A DNA stretch of 64,000 nucleotides from an uncultured Verrucomicrobiae bacterium (GCA_963764175.1 CAVXRE010000004.1:7184-71183), one strand, 5' to 3'; shown: positions 1 to 10,100, counted from the stretch's first letter. Numbers and translations: made by a program. The notes: generated from the sequence alone by a model not told the origin.

Positions 1-540
1 GAGGTTTTGTTTTTCGAGCCGAAGCGGCGCGGAACGGACTTGATTCACGCGCTGGAATTCATGGGGCGTGTTTTGCCGCACAAGGCCATCGCGGTTGTCA
101 TTTCGGATTTTTTGGAGAATACGGGGCGCGAGTTGTCCCAACTCGCAGCAGCCAAGCATTCACCAACTGCTGCGGTTTGGGACAAACCGCGCTCCGATTC
201 GTCGCCCTTGCCGCCCGAACTCCAAACCGCGTTGCGGATTGCGAATCGCAAGCACGATGTCGTGGCCGTGCATATCACGGATCGTTACGAACTTGAGTTG
301 CCCGCGCTGGGTCGTTTGGTTTTGGAAGACGCCGAGACCGGAGAAATTCTGGAGGTCAACACCGGTCACGCGAGCAGCCGCGACGCGTTTGCGCTGCGCC
401 AGCAAAAGCAGACCGTTGAGCTGGCCCGGCAATTCCGGTCATCGGGCATTGACACCATCCAACTTCACACGGGCGAGCTTTACTCCATCGCGCTGGGAAG
501 ATTTTTTGAAAACCGCGAGAAGCGGAGGCTGAGAGGATGA
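1..540 (+). CDS. DUF58 domain protein (MoxR-associated), 5' truncated by window edge
   Basis: Open frame from base 1; motifs TDLxxAL, VVISDF, HDVVAV, GRLVLEDAETGE; upstream of Bat-like VWA genes. Confidence 0.85.
   Translation, partial: EVLFFEPKRRGTDLIHALEFMGRVLPHKAIAVVISDFLENTGRELSQLAAAKHSPTAAVWDKPRSDSSPLPPELQTALRIANRKHDVVAVHITDRYELELPALGRLVLEDAETGEILEVNTGHASSRDAFALRQQKQTVELARQFRSSGIDTIQLHTGELYSIALGRFFENREKRRLRG
122..196. repeat. REP-like doublet palindrome inserted in frame in DUF58 gene
   Basis: 30-bp imperfect inverted arms 122-151 and 167-196, each with its own hairpin (gcgagtt-gtccc-aactcgc; gcggttt-gggac-aaaccgc); 75 bp = 25 codons. Confidence 0.85.
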
Positions 541-589
541 AAACTGAGTTCTCTCATCATAAAATGACCGTACGAAATTCCGCAAGGTT

Positions 590-664
590 TTGGAGTGCGC
601 CAGCCCTCTGGCGCTTTTGCAGCGCGCAAAAATTTGAAAGCGGCAGAGGGCTGCCGCAGTCCAA
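590..664. repeat. Intergenic REP-like doublet palindrome
   Basis: 28-bp arms 590-617 and 637-664 with 3 mismatches; each arm is a hairpin (gcgccag-ccct-ctggcgc; gcggcag-aggg-ctgccgc). Confidence 0.85.
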
Positions 665-700
665 GACGCTGCCGCGACAAAGCGGGTTTAACTGCCAGCC

Positions 701-1288
701 ATGGTAACAAACCAAACATCGTCTTTACCCGCCGCTGCCAACGACATCCGCGACATCAAGCCGCCGGTCGTGATTGCGGGCGGCTGGGAATTGGTTTGGT
801 GGGCGCTTGCGGCACTGGCCATCGCGGCAGCGGCCATTTTCGCGTGGCGATGGTGGCAAAGGCGGAAGGCAAATATACCGTCCGAACCGCCCGTGCCGGC
901 GCACGTTCGCGCGAGGCAAAAGCTTGAAGAAGCGCTGGCGCTGATTTCGCAGCCGAAGCCGTTCTGCATTTTGGTTTCGGACACGGCCCGGTTTTATCTC
1001 GAAGACCGCTTTGATTTTCGCGCGCCGGAACGGACCACCGAGGAATTTTTGCGGGAGCTTGGCGGAACAGATTTGTTGTCACCGGAACAAAAAGAAAGCC
1101 TCGGTGGTTTTCTGGAGAGCTGCGATCTCGTGAAGTTTGCAAAATACGAACCGGGCGAACCGGAGCTGCGTGAATTGCACCGCTCCGCCGTCAAGCTCGT
1201 GGATGAAACCGCGCCCCAAATTGAAACGGCACCTTCCGGGGACGAGCATACATGCGAACCGCAACCCGCAATCGCAAATCCGCAATGA
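701..1288 (+). CDS. Single-TM membrane protein of Bat/MoxR operon (DUF4381-like)
   Basis: IRDIKPP motif, one TM helix, ERTTEEF and DLVKFAKY motifs; ATGA overlap with next gene. Confidence 0.7.
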   Translation: MVTNQTSSLPAAANDIRDIKPPVVIAGGWELVWWALAALAIAAAAIFAWRWWQRRKANIPSEPPVPAHVRARQKLEEALALISQPKPFCILVSDTARFYLEDRFDFRAPERTTEEFLRELGGTDLLSPEQKESLGGFLESCDLVKFAKYEPGEPELRELHRSAVKLVDETAPQIETAPSGDEHTCEPQPAIANPQ

Positions 1289-2256
1289 CCTTCGCGCATC
1301 CATATTTGTTGCTGCTGCTGTTGCTGCTGCCGCTGCTGGCATGGCTGAAGGGCAGGCGCGGCCGTCCGCCCGCGTTTTTGTATTCGTCGGTGAAACTGGT
1401 CGAGGGATTGACGCGGGCGCGACGTTCGCGCGCGGGCGCATTTCTGGCAGCCCTGCGCTGGCTGGTGCTGGCGCTGTTCATCGTCGCACTGGCCCAGCCG
1501 CGCCTGACGAGGAGCCAGACGACGGTCAAGGCCAGCGGCATCGACATCGTATGCGCGCTCGATTTGTCCGGCAGCATGAACACCGAGGATTATGCCGTCA
1601 ATGGCGGGCGTGTCAGCCGGTTCAACATGGCAAAGCCGGTCCTGGAGGAGTTCATTGAAGGGCGTCCAAATGACCGCATCGGCCTGGTGGTTTTTGCCGC
1701 GCAAGCTTTCATCGCCGCGCCGCTGACGCTCGACCACGATTATTTGCTCGAAAACATTGACCGGCTCGGCATCGGCTCAATCAATTCAGACGCGACCGCG
1801 ATTGGCGACGGAATAATAACGGCGCTGAACCGGTTGCGTGATTTGAAGGCGAAAAGCAAAATCATCGTTCTGATGACCGATGGCGGGAACAATTCCGGCA
1901 AAATCGACCCGATCACGGCGACAAAAGCCGCCCAGGCGCTTGGCGTGAAAATCTACACCATCGGTCTCGGCAACCGTGAAATCGTCCAGGCGATGGGCCT
2001 GCCGCCGGGGTATCTGCCGGACGAGGACACGTTGCAGCAAATTGCGCAAATGACCGGCGGCAGATATTTTCGCGCGGACAATTCCGAGAAATTCAAGTCC
2101 ATCTACGCTGAAATTGACAAGCTGGAAAAAACGGATGCGATCATCAACAAATACACCCAGTTCAAGGAATTGTTTCCGTGGTTCGTGTCATGCGGTCTCG
2201 TGTTGTTGTTGATTGAACTGGCGTTGGGGCAGACCGCATATCGGAGGCTGCCGTGA
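1285..2256 (+). CDS. BatA-like VWA domain membrane protein
   Basis: N-terminal MTFAHPYLLLLL, MIDAS DLSGS, DRIGLVVFA, MTDG, C-terminal TM; ATG 1285 overlaps upstream stop. Confidence 0.88.
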   Translation: MTFAHPYLLLLLLLLPLLAWLKGRRGRPPAFLYSSVKLVEGLTRARRSRAGAFLAALRWLVLALFIVALAQPRLTRSQTTVKASGIDIVCALDLSGSMNTEDYAVNGGRVSRFNMAKPVLEEFIEGRPNDRIGLVVFAAQAFIAAPLTLDHDYLLENIDRLGIGSINSDATAIGDGIITALNRLRDLKAKSKIIVLMTDGGNNSGKIDPITATKAAQALGVKIYTIGLGNREIVQAMGLPPGYLPDEDTLQQIAQMTGGRYFRADNSEKFKSIYAEIDKLEKTDAIINKYTQFKELFPWFVSCGLVLLLIELALGQTAYRRLP

Positions 2257-2264
2257 ATAGTAAA

Positions 2265-2347
2265 ACGTTAAACTGTTACATCGTGAATCGTTACATCGGC
2301 ATGCGCCCGAACCGTTGTAACGAGTCAACGGTTCAACAGTTCAACGA
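2265..2347 (+). repeat. Inverted octamer tandem-repeat hairpin between BatA and BatB genes
   Basis: Left units acgttaaa ctgttaca tcgtgaa tcgttaca; right units tgtaacga gtcaacgg ttcaacag ttcaacga are approximate reverse complements. Confidence 0.7.
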
Positions 2348-2357
2348 ATTTTGATCC

Positions 2358-4055
2358 ATGCGATTCGAGCATCCACAAATTTTATGGTTGTTGCTGGTGA
2401 TTCCGCCAGCGTTGGCGGTATTTTTCTGCTGGGCGATGCGCTCGCGGCAGAAATTACTGGCGCAATTCATCGAAGTGCGGCTGCTTTCTTCGTTGACCGT
2501 GGGCATTTCCCCCGCTCGCCAGAAAATCCGGTTTGGATGCCTGGTGTTCGCAGCGGCATTTCTGGTCATCGCGCTGGCCGGGCCGCAGTGGCATTTTGAC
2601 TGGGAGAAAGTCGAGCAGCGCGGCCTGGACGTCGTCGTGGCCATTGACACCTCGAAAAGCATGTTGGCCCAGGACATCGCGCCCAACCGTCTCGAGCGCG
2701 CCAAGCTCGCGGCGCTGGATTTGATGCAGCAGGCCAGGGCCGACCGGCTGGGACTGGTGGCGTTTGCCGGCGATGCATTCCTGGAATGTCCGCTGACGAT
2801 TGACGACACGGCGTTCCGCCAGAGCGTCGAGGCGCTGGACGTGAACACGATTCCACAAGGCGGCACCGCCATTGCCCCGGCCATCAACACGGCGCGCACG
2901 GCCTTCAAGGAAGGCGATCATTATAAAGTGCTCGTGCTGCTCACCGACGGCGAGGACAACGACACCGGGGCGCTTGAAGCCGCGCAAGACGCGGCCAAAG
3001 ACGGCCTGAAAATTTTCACCGTGGGCATCGGAACGGCGGAAGGCGCACTGTTGCAAATCACGGACGCGAACGGAAATCCAGATTACATCCGCGATCCGGA
3101 TGGCAACGTGGTGAAGTCGCACTTGAATGAAACGCTGCTCCGGGAAATTGCCGGAGCGACCGGCGGGTTTTATCTGCCGCTGCGGCCCAATACGATTGAC
3201 TCACTTTATGAAAAGGGCATCGCACCGCTGCCGGAATCAGAATCTCAAGAACGGCTGGTGCGGCACTATCACGAGCAATTTTACTGGCCGCTCACGCTGG
3301 CGATTCTGCTGCTGCTGGCGGAAATGTTTTTGCCGGAGCGAAAAAAGTCCAAAGTCCATCCGCCTGCGTCAGACTTCGGCGCGACAAGAAGTCCAAAGTC
3401 CAAAGTCGAGGCGGCGGCGGTTGTGGCGCTCCTCGGAATTTTGTTGATGCCGGTTGCCACAAATGCTTCGCCGGCGAGCGCGTTGCAAGATTACAAATCC
3501 GGCAATTTCACAAACGCGTTGACGGAATACGAGCGGCTGGCGGAAATTCAGACGAACGATTTGCGGCTGGTTTTCAACGCGGGCGACGCGGCCTATCGCG
3601 CGACAAATTTTGACGAGGCATTGAGCGACTTTCAGGCGGGAACACTGTCGCCGGATTTGAGGCTGCAGCAGCAGTCGTATTACAATTTGGGCAACACGCT
3701 GTATCGCATGGGCGAACTTAAATTCGAGCCGGACACGGAAGGCTTGGACTCGATGCAGCAAAGCTGGCAGGAAGCGGTCAAGAGTTATGAACACGCGGTT
3801 GAATTGAACACCAATGACGTGGATGCCGCCTACAATCTGGCCTTCGTGAAGAAGCAGATTGAGCTGATTGGCCAGCTCCGCGAGGCGATGCGAAGGGCCA
3901 AACAGGCGGCTGACGACGCGGTCCGCCGCAATGAGTATCACCAGGCGCTGGAAATCATGGAAAGCATGAACAACCCGATTGCCGCAAAAAAATTCCAGGA
4001 TTACACCAAAAAACTGAAGGACATTGATGCGATTGTTACTCCCAATCAGCGTTAG
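2358..4055 (+). CDS. BatB-like VWA protein fused to TPR (BatC-like) region
   Basis: MRFEHP start, DTSKSM MIDAS, LLTDGED, TM, second hydrophobic segment, TPR motifs FNAGDAAY and YYNLGNTLY. Confidence 0.85.
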   Translation: MRFEHPQILWLLLVIPPALAVFFCWAMRSRQKLLAQFIEVRLLSSLTVGISPARQKIRFGCLVFAAAFLVIALAGPQWHFDWEKVEQRGLDVVVAIDTSKSMLAQDIAPNRLERAKLAALDLMQQARADRLGLVAFAGDAFLECPLTIDDTAFRQSVEALDVNTIPQGGTAIAPAINTARTAFKEGDHYKVLVLLTDGEDNDTGALEAAQDAAKDGLKIFTVGIGTAEGALLQITDANGNPDYIRDPDGNVVKSHLNETLLREIAGATGGFYLPLRPNTIDSLYEKGIAPLPESESQERLVRHYHEQFYWPLTLAILLLLAEMFLPERKKSKVHPPASDFGATRSPKSKVEAAAVVALLGILLMPVATNASPASALQDYKSGNFTNALTEYERLAEIQTNDLRLVFNAGDAAYRATNFDEALSDFQAGTLSPDLRLQQQSYYNLGNTLYRMGELKFEPDTEGLDSMQQSWQEAVKSYEHAVELNTNDVDAAYNLAFVKKQIELIGQLREAMRRAKQAADDAVRRNEYHQALEIMESMNNPIAAKKFQDYTKKLKDIDAIVTPNQR

Positions 4056-4578
4056 CCTGCTGCTGGCATGTCTGGCAGCCCGCGCGCAATCCGCCGTTGA
4101 TTTTTTCAACAGCGGCGCGCATTCCTATATTTCAAACAACATTCCTGCGGCCTTGGAGACGGTGGAAGGCGGGCTCAAGCGCTATCCTGATGATGTGAAC
4201 CTGAAAAAGCTGTACGAGTTGTTGAAACAGCAACAGCAGCAACAGCAGCAACAGCAAAATCAACAACAACAGAACCAGAAGAATCAATCGCAGCAACAGA
4301 AATCTAACAGCCAGCAAAATCAGCAGCAACAGGACCGGCAGCAGAAGCAAAACGAACAGAATCAGTCTGGGCAGAAAAACGCCGGACAGCAAAAACAACA
4401 GGCGTCGGGCGAAAAAAAGGAAAATCAAAACAGACAGGACCAATCAGTCGCCGCCGGGCAGATGACTCAGGAGGAGGCGAAGCGTCTATTGGACGCGCAA
4501 AAAGGCGACGAGCAGGTTCTCCAGTTGAAGCCCCAGGGAAAACCGGAAAATCAGAACCGCCCCATCAAGGATTGGTAA
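4027..4578 (+). CDS. Exported Gln-rich BatC-like protein
   Basis: Signal peptide, short TPR-like helix, poly-Q linker, C-terminal MTQEEAKRLLDA...KDW typical of Bat TPR proteins. Confidence 0.7.
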   Translation: MRLLLPISVSLLLACLAARAQSAVDFFNSGAHSYISNNIPAALETVEGGLKRYPDDVNLKKLYELLKQQQQQQQQQQNQQQQNQKNQSQQQKSNSQQNQQQQDRQQKQNEQNQSGQKNAGQQKQQASGEKKENQNRQDQSVAAGQMTQEEAKRLLDAQKGDEQVLQLKPQGKPENQNRPIKDW

Positions 4579-4719
4579 AGCATTTTATCGATTGTGGCGT
4601 CGGTGTTGCGCGGCGACTGCGAGCGACAGAATCGCCTCCCGTGCAAATTCGGAGGCCGCGCGAAGTTGCGCTTGATTGGCGGGCAAAATCAGGCATTTTC
4701 GCGCTGCACGTCCAACATC

Positions 4720-5889
4720 GTGAAAACACTGAGCAAATACCTGATCCGCGAAATCCTTGTCTCATTGCTGATGACGGTGGCGGTTTTCACTTTTGTGGTG
4801 CTGCTCTTCAACGTGCTCAAGGAAATTCTCCCGTTGCTTGTCAGCGGCCAGGTGAGCTTGTGGCTGGTGTTGAAAGCCGTCGGACTCTTGATTCCATTTG
4901 CGTGTGTTTATGCATTGCCCATGGGATTTATCACCGCGGCCCTGCTGGTGTTCGGGCGGTTCAGCGCCGACCAGGAATTGACCGCGGCCCGCGCGAGCGG
5001 CATCAGTCTGTTCTCGCTGATTTCGCCTGTGCTGCTGCTCAGCCTGTTTTGCTGTGGCCTGAGCGCGTGGTTTAACATGGACCTCGGCCCCCGCTCCCGG
5101 GTCGCCTACGTGAACCTGAAAGGTGATATCCGCACCGCACTGGGCGGCGTGCAATTGCCCGAAGGCAAGGTCATCAACGATTTTCCGGGCTACGTTTTTT
5201 ACACGGGAAAAAACCACGACGGAAATTTGGAGGATGTCCGGATACTGAAATACGGGAATGAGACCAACGCGGAAACCACCCTGCGCGCGCCGCGCGGACG
5301 GCTCGAAATGGACCAGCCCAACAAGCAGCTCGTCCTGCATTTGTTCGAAGCACGGACGGTCACGTTCGCCGGATCGCGCATCAGCATCGGTTCGTCTCCC
5401 GAGCTGACTTTGAATTTCGACCTCAACGTGGCGACAAACCAGCCTTACAGCCCCAAGATCAGTGACATGACGTTCTGGCAATTGCGCAATGAATTGAATG
5501 ATTTGGAGAAAAAACTGGGTTCAGCGCCGGTCATCGAGGGGTCTTCTTCCGAAGAAGTGCACGCGCAACTCCGCGAAGCGCAACAACAGCGGAGCGATTT
5601 GACCGAGCCGGTTCTCGTGGAGATGAACCGGCAGATCGCGTTTTCCTTCGCGTGTTTTGGCTTCACGCTCGTCGGGATCCCGCTCGGCATCCGCGTGCAC
5701 CGGCGCGAGACAAATGTCGGCGTCGCCATCGCGCTGATGCTGGTGCTGGTTTATTACGCCTTCATCATGCTGGGCGAAGCGCTCTCCGCCCGGCCTGAAT
5801 TTGTGCCGCATCTGGTTCTCTGGATGCCGAATTTTATTTTTCAAGCCGTCGGCGCGGTGCTGCTCTGGCGGGCCAATCGGGGGATTTGA
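4720..5889 (+). CDS. LptF/LptG family LPS export permease
   Basis: GTG start KTLSKYLIRE; GRFSADQELTAARASGISL motif; 3 TM + periplasmic domain + 3 TM. Confidence 0.85.
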   Translation: MKTLSKYLIREILVSLLMTVAVFTFVVLLFNVLKEILPLLVSGQVSLWLVLKAVGLLIPFACVYALPMGFITAALLVFGRFSADQELTAARASGISLFSLISPVLLLSLFCCGLSAWFNMDLGPRSRVAYVNLKGDIRTALGGVQLPEGKVINDFPGYVFYTGKNHDGNLEDVRILKYGNETNAETTLRAPRGRLEMDQPNKQLVLHLFEARTVTFAGSRISIGSSPELTLNFDLNVATNQPYSPKISDMTFWQLRNELNDLEKKLGSAPVIEGSSSEEVHAQLREAQQQRSDLTEPVLVEMNRQIAFSFACFGFTLVGIPLGIRVHRRETNVGVAIALMLVLVYYAFIMLGEALSARPEFVPHLVLWMPNFIFQAVGAVLLWRANRGI

Positions 5890-5891
5890 AA

Positions 5892-6716
5892 TCAACCGGT
5901 TTTTCTGCGGAAAACCTTTCCCACCTCGGCCTGGTCAACCGGCTTCACAATCAACTCGTCAATGTTCACGTGCGATGGGCGGCTGGCGACCCAGACCAGA
6001 ATTTCCGCGATGTCTTCGGCTGTCAGCGGATTCATCCCTTCATAGACTTTTTTCGCGTTGGCCGTGTCGCCTTTGAATCGCACGATGGAAAATTCCGTTT
6101 CCGCCAAACCCGGGTCCACCGTGCCGACGCGGATGCCCGTGCCGAGCAATTCGCACCGCAGGGCGCGTGTGATTTGCAATTCTCCGGCCTTCGCCGCGCA
6201 ATACACCGCACCGCCTTCGTAAGCCGTGTGGCCGGCCACCGAACCGATGTTGATGATGCTTGCCCCGGCGTCGTGTGGCATGAGCGGCAGCGCCGCGCGC
6301 GTCATGCGCAACAGACCGAGCACGTTCGATTGAATCATCGCCTCCCAGTCCGCGTCCCTGCCATTGGCGACGGTGTCCAGACCGTGCGCGCCACCGGCGT
6401 TATTGATCAAAACGTGCAGGCGTGCCGGCTCCAGCTTCCGGCGTCCGGCGTCCTGGAGCTTGGATTTGGCCCAGGCGATGAAGGTTTCAACGCTCGACGT
6501 TTTCGACACGTCCAGATCGTGGAAATGTGCCTCGGCTGCTCCGGCCTTGAGCGCCTCGGCGGCGACCTTTTTAAGGCGGTCAACGCGGCGTGCACCGAGC
6601 AGGAGTTTTGCGCCTTCGGCGCCGAAGGCGCGTGCGGCCGCCGCGCCAAATCCGCTCGACGCGCCGGTGATCAGGGTCCATTTGTTTTTGAGCGACGATT
6701 GGTTTTGAAGTTTCAT
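5892..6716 (-). CDS. Short-chain dehydrogenase/reductase (YdfG-like)
   Basis: TGASSGFG, NNAG, YCAAK catalytic motif, PGLAETEFS. Confidence 0.9.
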   Translation of the reverse strand: MKLQNQSSLKNKWTLITGASSGFGAAAARAFGAEGAKLLLGARRVDRLKKVAAEALKAGAAEAHFHDLDVSKTSSVETFIAWAKSKLQDAGRRKLEPARLHVLINNAGGAHGLDTVANGRDADWEAMIQSNVLGLLRMTRAALPLMPHDAGASIINIGSVAGHTAYEGGAVYCAAKAGELQITRALRCELLGTGIRVGTVDPGLAETEFSIVRFKGDTANAKKVYEGMNPLTAEDIAEILVWVASRPSHVNIDELIVKPVDQAEVGKVFRRKTG

Positions 6717-6782
6717 TGGAAAATATGAAGTTGGAAAATTCCTGTTGCAGTCTTCGCTCGACGCCGTGCCCTGGCTGAAGGC

Positions 6783-6858
6783 TGGTGGAGCCGAGGGGAT
6801 TCGAACCCCTGACCTGCTGATTGCGAACCAGCCGCTCTACCAACTGAGCTACGACCCC
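6783..6858 (-). tRNA. tRNA-Ala (anticodon CGC)
   Basis: GGGGTCGTAGCTCAGTTGGTAGAGCGGCTGGTTCGCAATCAGCAGGTCAGGGGTTCGAATCCCCTCGGCTCCACCA; 76-nt cloverleaf, G3:U70 Ala determinant, encoded CCA. Confidence 0.97.
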
Positions 6859-6889
6859 AGCCAATTCCACCTGTTCCTGAACAGCGGTT

Positions 6890-6917
6890 ACTATGCGGAT
6901 TTGCGCGCCGACGACAA
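6890..6917 (-). promoter_or_regulatory. Putative sigma70 promoter of tRNA-Ala
   Basis: TTGTCG-16 nt-CATAGT preceded by an A7 tract (UP-element-like). Confidence 0.5.
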
Positions 6918-7158
6918 GTTTTTTTGCCTGCCAATAAAATCGGCGGGTCCGGCAATCACACACGATTTTCATCGCCGAAACCCGCCGACGCCCGCTTTTT
7001 AAAGGCAGAGCACCCAGTTCTCATTGGGCAGGGAAAACCTAGCCCATCACGCGGGCGTGGCAAGCGATTTTTCAAAAAATATTTTCCGCCCCCGCCCCAA
7101 AATTCGTATCTTCTCCTGAACATATTTAATCCACTTGGGTCCATCTGAAAAACTGGTC

Positions 7159-10100
7159 ATGCCAATGTATTGCCGGGCGCTGCAGTTAGCCGGGCTGCTG
7201 CTGTGCGGGTTTGTTCCCGCCCTGTCGTCCGCCGCAGGCATGGCTGGCGGGCCTGGTTCGCATTTCATTGTGGATTCCTGGGGCACCGGTGAAGGACTTC
7301 CGCAAAGCTCGGTCATTTCAGTGATACAGGCCCGGGACGGTTATCTCTGGCTGGGCACGCTGAACGGCTTGGTGCGCTTTGACGGCATTCGCTTCACCGT
7401 TTTCGACGAGGAAAACACGCCCGGCCTCAACAGCGACCGGGTCACTTATTTGTTTGAAGACAGTCACACAAATCTTTGGATCGGGACCGACACAACTGGC
7501 GTGGGGTTGGTGCAGGACGGTAGAATCAAAAATTTCGAAATCGGGCGCCCGGGCCAGGAAGGCAAATTGACCTCCGCCTGCGAAGATTCCACCGGCGAAG
7601 TATGGTTTTACACGGCGGATTCGCATCTGGCGCTTTACCAAAACGGGAAAATGGCCGTGGTGGCTTTTAATTTTGAGACCCCCGCATTTTGCCGGATGAT
7701 TGCGGCTGAAAAATCCGGCGGGCTTTGGATCGCGGACATCGGCGGAATGTTTTCAATCCGCCCCGAAAATTTTAACCCGCAGGCGATTGTCGTTAATGAA
7801 TCAATTCCCGCGGAAAGGCTGGATTTCATCCTGGCCAGCCGCAGCGGCGGAATCTGGCGGTTGATGAATGGCCGGGTCCAAAAATGGAATTCAGGCGGGC
7901 TGCAAAAAGACTTCGGCCCCTATCCCTGGGGCAATTCATTTGTCAAAGCCGCCTGCGAAGACAAGGACGGCAATTTGATCGTCGGCACGCTCGGCGCCGG
8001 CGTTTTTTGGTATGACGCTAACGGGAAATATGAGCGCATTTCAAAGGAACAGGGATTGTCATCCGCGTTTGTCCTTTCTTTGTGCATGGATCGCGATGGA
8101 AATCTTTGGGTGGGGACGGACGGCGACGGACTGGACAGGGTCAAAAGAAAAGTTTTCAACGCGCCGGCTGAATTCCATCCGTGGCCGGCACAGTCCTTGT
8201 CCGAGGACGAGCAGGGCGGTTTATGGATGACTTTTGGGGCGCTGGGCGCGTCTTATTGGCGGACAAATTCCATGCAGGATTTTCACGTGGGCCGGTCTCA
8301 AAATGCCTGGAACGTTCTCGTGGATCCGGGGCAGCATGTCTGGGTTGGAACGCGGGAAGAGGGACTCTTTCAATTTCAAACCAATCATTTCCAGCCCGCA
8401 CCCGGCGCGGAAAACCTCGGCCCGTGGATTTATGCGCTGTATCAGGACCGGAACGGGCAATTATGGGCCGGCACCCAAAACGGCTTGGCGCGCTGGTTCG
8501 GGCAGGTTTGGAAAGTGTTCACAACACGCGACGGCCTCTCCGAAAATGTCGTTCGCGCCCTTGCGGAAGACGCCGACGGAGGTCTTTGGGTGGGAACGGA
8601 AAACCGTGGCTTGAACCTTTTCAAAGGCGGCAAATTCATCTCCTATCAACAAACTGATGACGGCCTGCCCGGCAACGATATCTCCTCCCTTTACATGGAC
8701 AAGGACGACGTCCTGTGGATTGGCACCTTCGGCCACGGCCTCGCGCGTTTCCACAACGGCAGATGGACGCGATTTTCCACACGCGACGGCCTCGCCAGCA
8801 ACAGCATCGGATACATCATCGAAGACGACAACGGCGATTTATGGATCGGCTCCAACGCCGGATTGATGCGAATCCCGAAAGAATCGCTAAACGATTTTGC
8901 CGACGGAAAGACCAGCTCCATTTCCTGCCGGATTTACGGCGAAGCTGATGGATTGCCGGCACGCGAATGTTCCATCGGCGCACAGCCCGCCGCCATTCGC
9001 ACGGAAGACGGCAGATTGTGGTTTCCCACCGTCAAAGGATTGGTTTCCGTCAATCCGGCTGAGCTTAAACCCAATCTGCAACCGCCGGCGGTCATGATTG
9101 AATCCGTGCGCGTTGACGGACGCGAACAAAAGACAAACCTGCTCGCCTCGACCTGGCCGCAATCCATCACGATTGCCCCCGGCAACAAGCAATTGGTGGT
9201 TCAACTCGAAATCCGCTACACCGCCCTGAACTTCAACGCCCCGGATGAAGTGCGGTTCAAATACCGTTTGGAGGGCCACGAAACCGCGTGGACTGACGTT
9301 GGTGGTGCGCGGGCCGCCTATTACAGCCAGGTGCCGCCCGGCCATTACCGCTTTCACGTCATCGCCTGCAACGAAGACAACGTCTGGAATGAAAATGGCA
9401 GCTTCCTTGACATCACCGTGCAACCGCAATTCTGGCAGACGGCCTGGTTCCGGATCGCGGCAATCGTGTGTTTCCTCGGATTAATCATCGGCGTGGTGCG
9501 TTATCTATCCACGCAAAAATTGCAGCGCGAGTTGCAGGCGTTCAAGCAGCAGGAGGAGCTTGAACGGGAACGCTCCCGCATCGCCCGCGACCTGCATGAC
9601 CAGCTCGGCGCCAATCTCACCCAGGTGGCGTTGCTGGGCGAAATGGCCGAGGCGGACAAAAACACGCCAGATGAAATTGAATCGCACGCCCGGCAGATTT
9701 CCCAAACCGCGCGTGACACCACCCGTTCCCTTGACGAAATCGTCTGGGCCGTCAATCCTGCCAATGACACGCTGGACGGTCTGGCGAACTATGCCTGCAA
9801 ATATGCGCAGGAATATCTCGCGCTCGCGGGGTTGCGCTACCGGGCGGAAATACCGGCCCAGTTGCCCGCCATCGCGATCCCGCCGGAAGTCCGGCACAAT
9901 ATCTTTCTCGCCTTCAAGGAGGCCGTCAACAACGTGGTCAAACACGCGCAGGCCTCCGAGGCCCGGATTCGATTGCAGCTTCGCAAGCGCGGGGAAGCGT
10001 CACAGCCGGACAGCTTCATCCTTGAAATCGAGGACAACGGCCGAGGCACTGGCAGCCCGGCCCCGGGCGCGCCGACAACGCGAAACGGCCTTCGCAACAT

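Noticed and set aside
4590..4640. Possible decayed palindrome upstream of lptF, and the extended lptF N-terminus
   Set aside because: Only about 10/16 arm identity; GTG 4720 gives the typical LptF start
6740..6858. Genomic island integrated at tRNA-Ala
   Set aside because: No integrase and no duplicated tRNA 3' end seen; the 3' neighbour is an ordinary SDR gene
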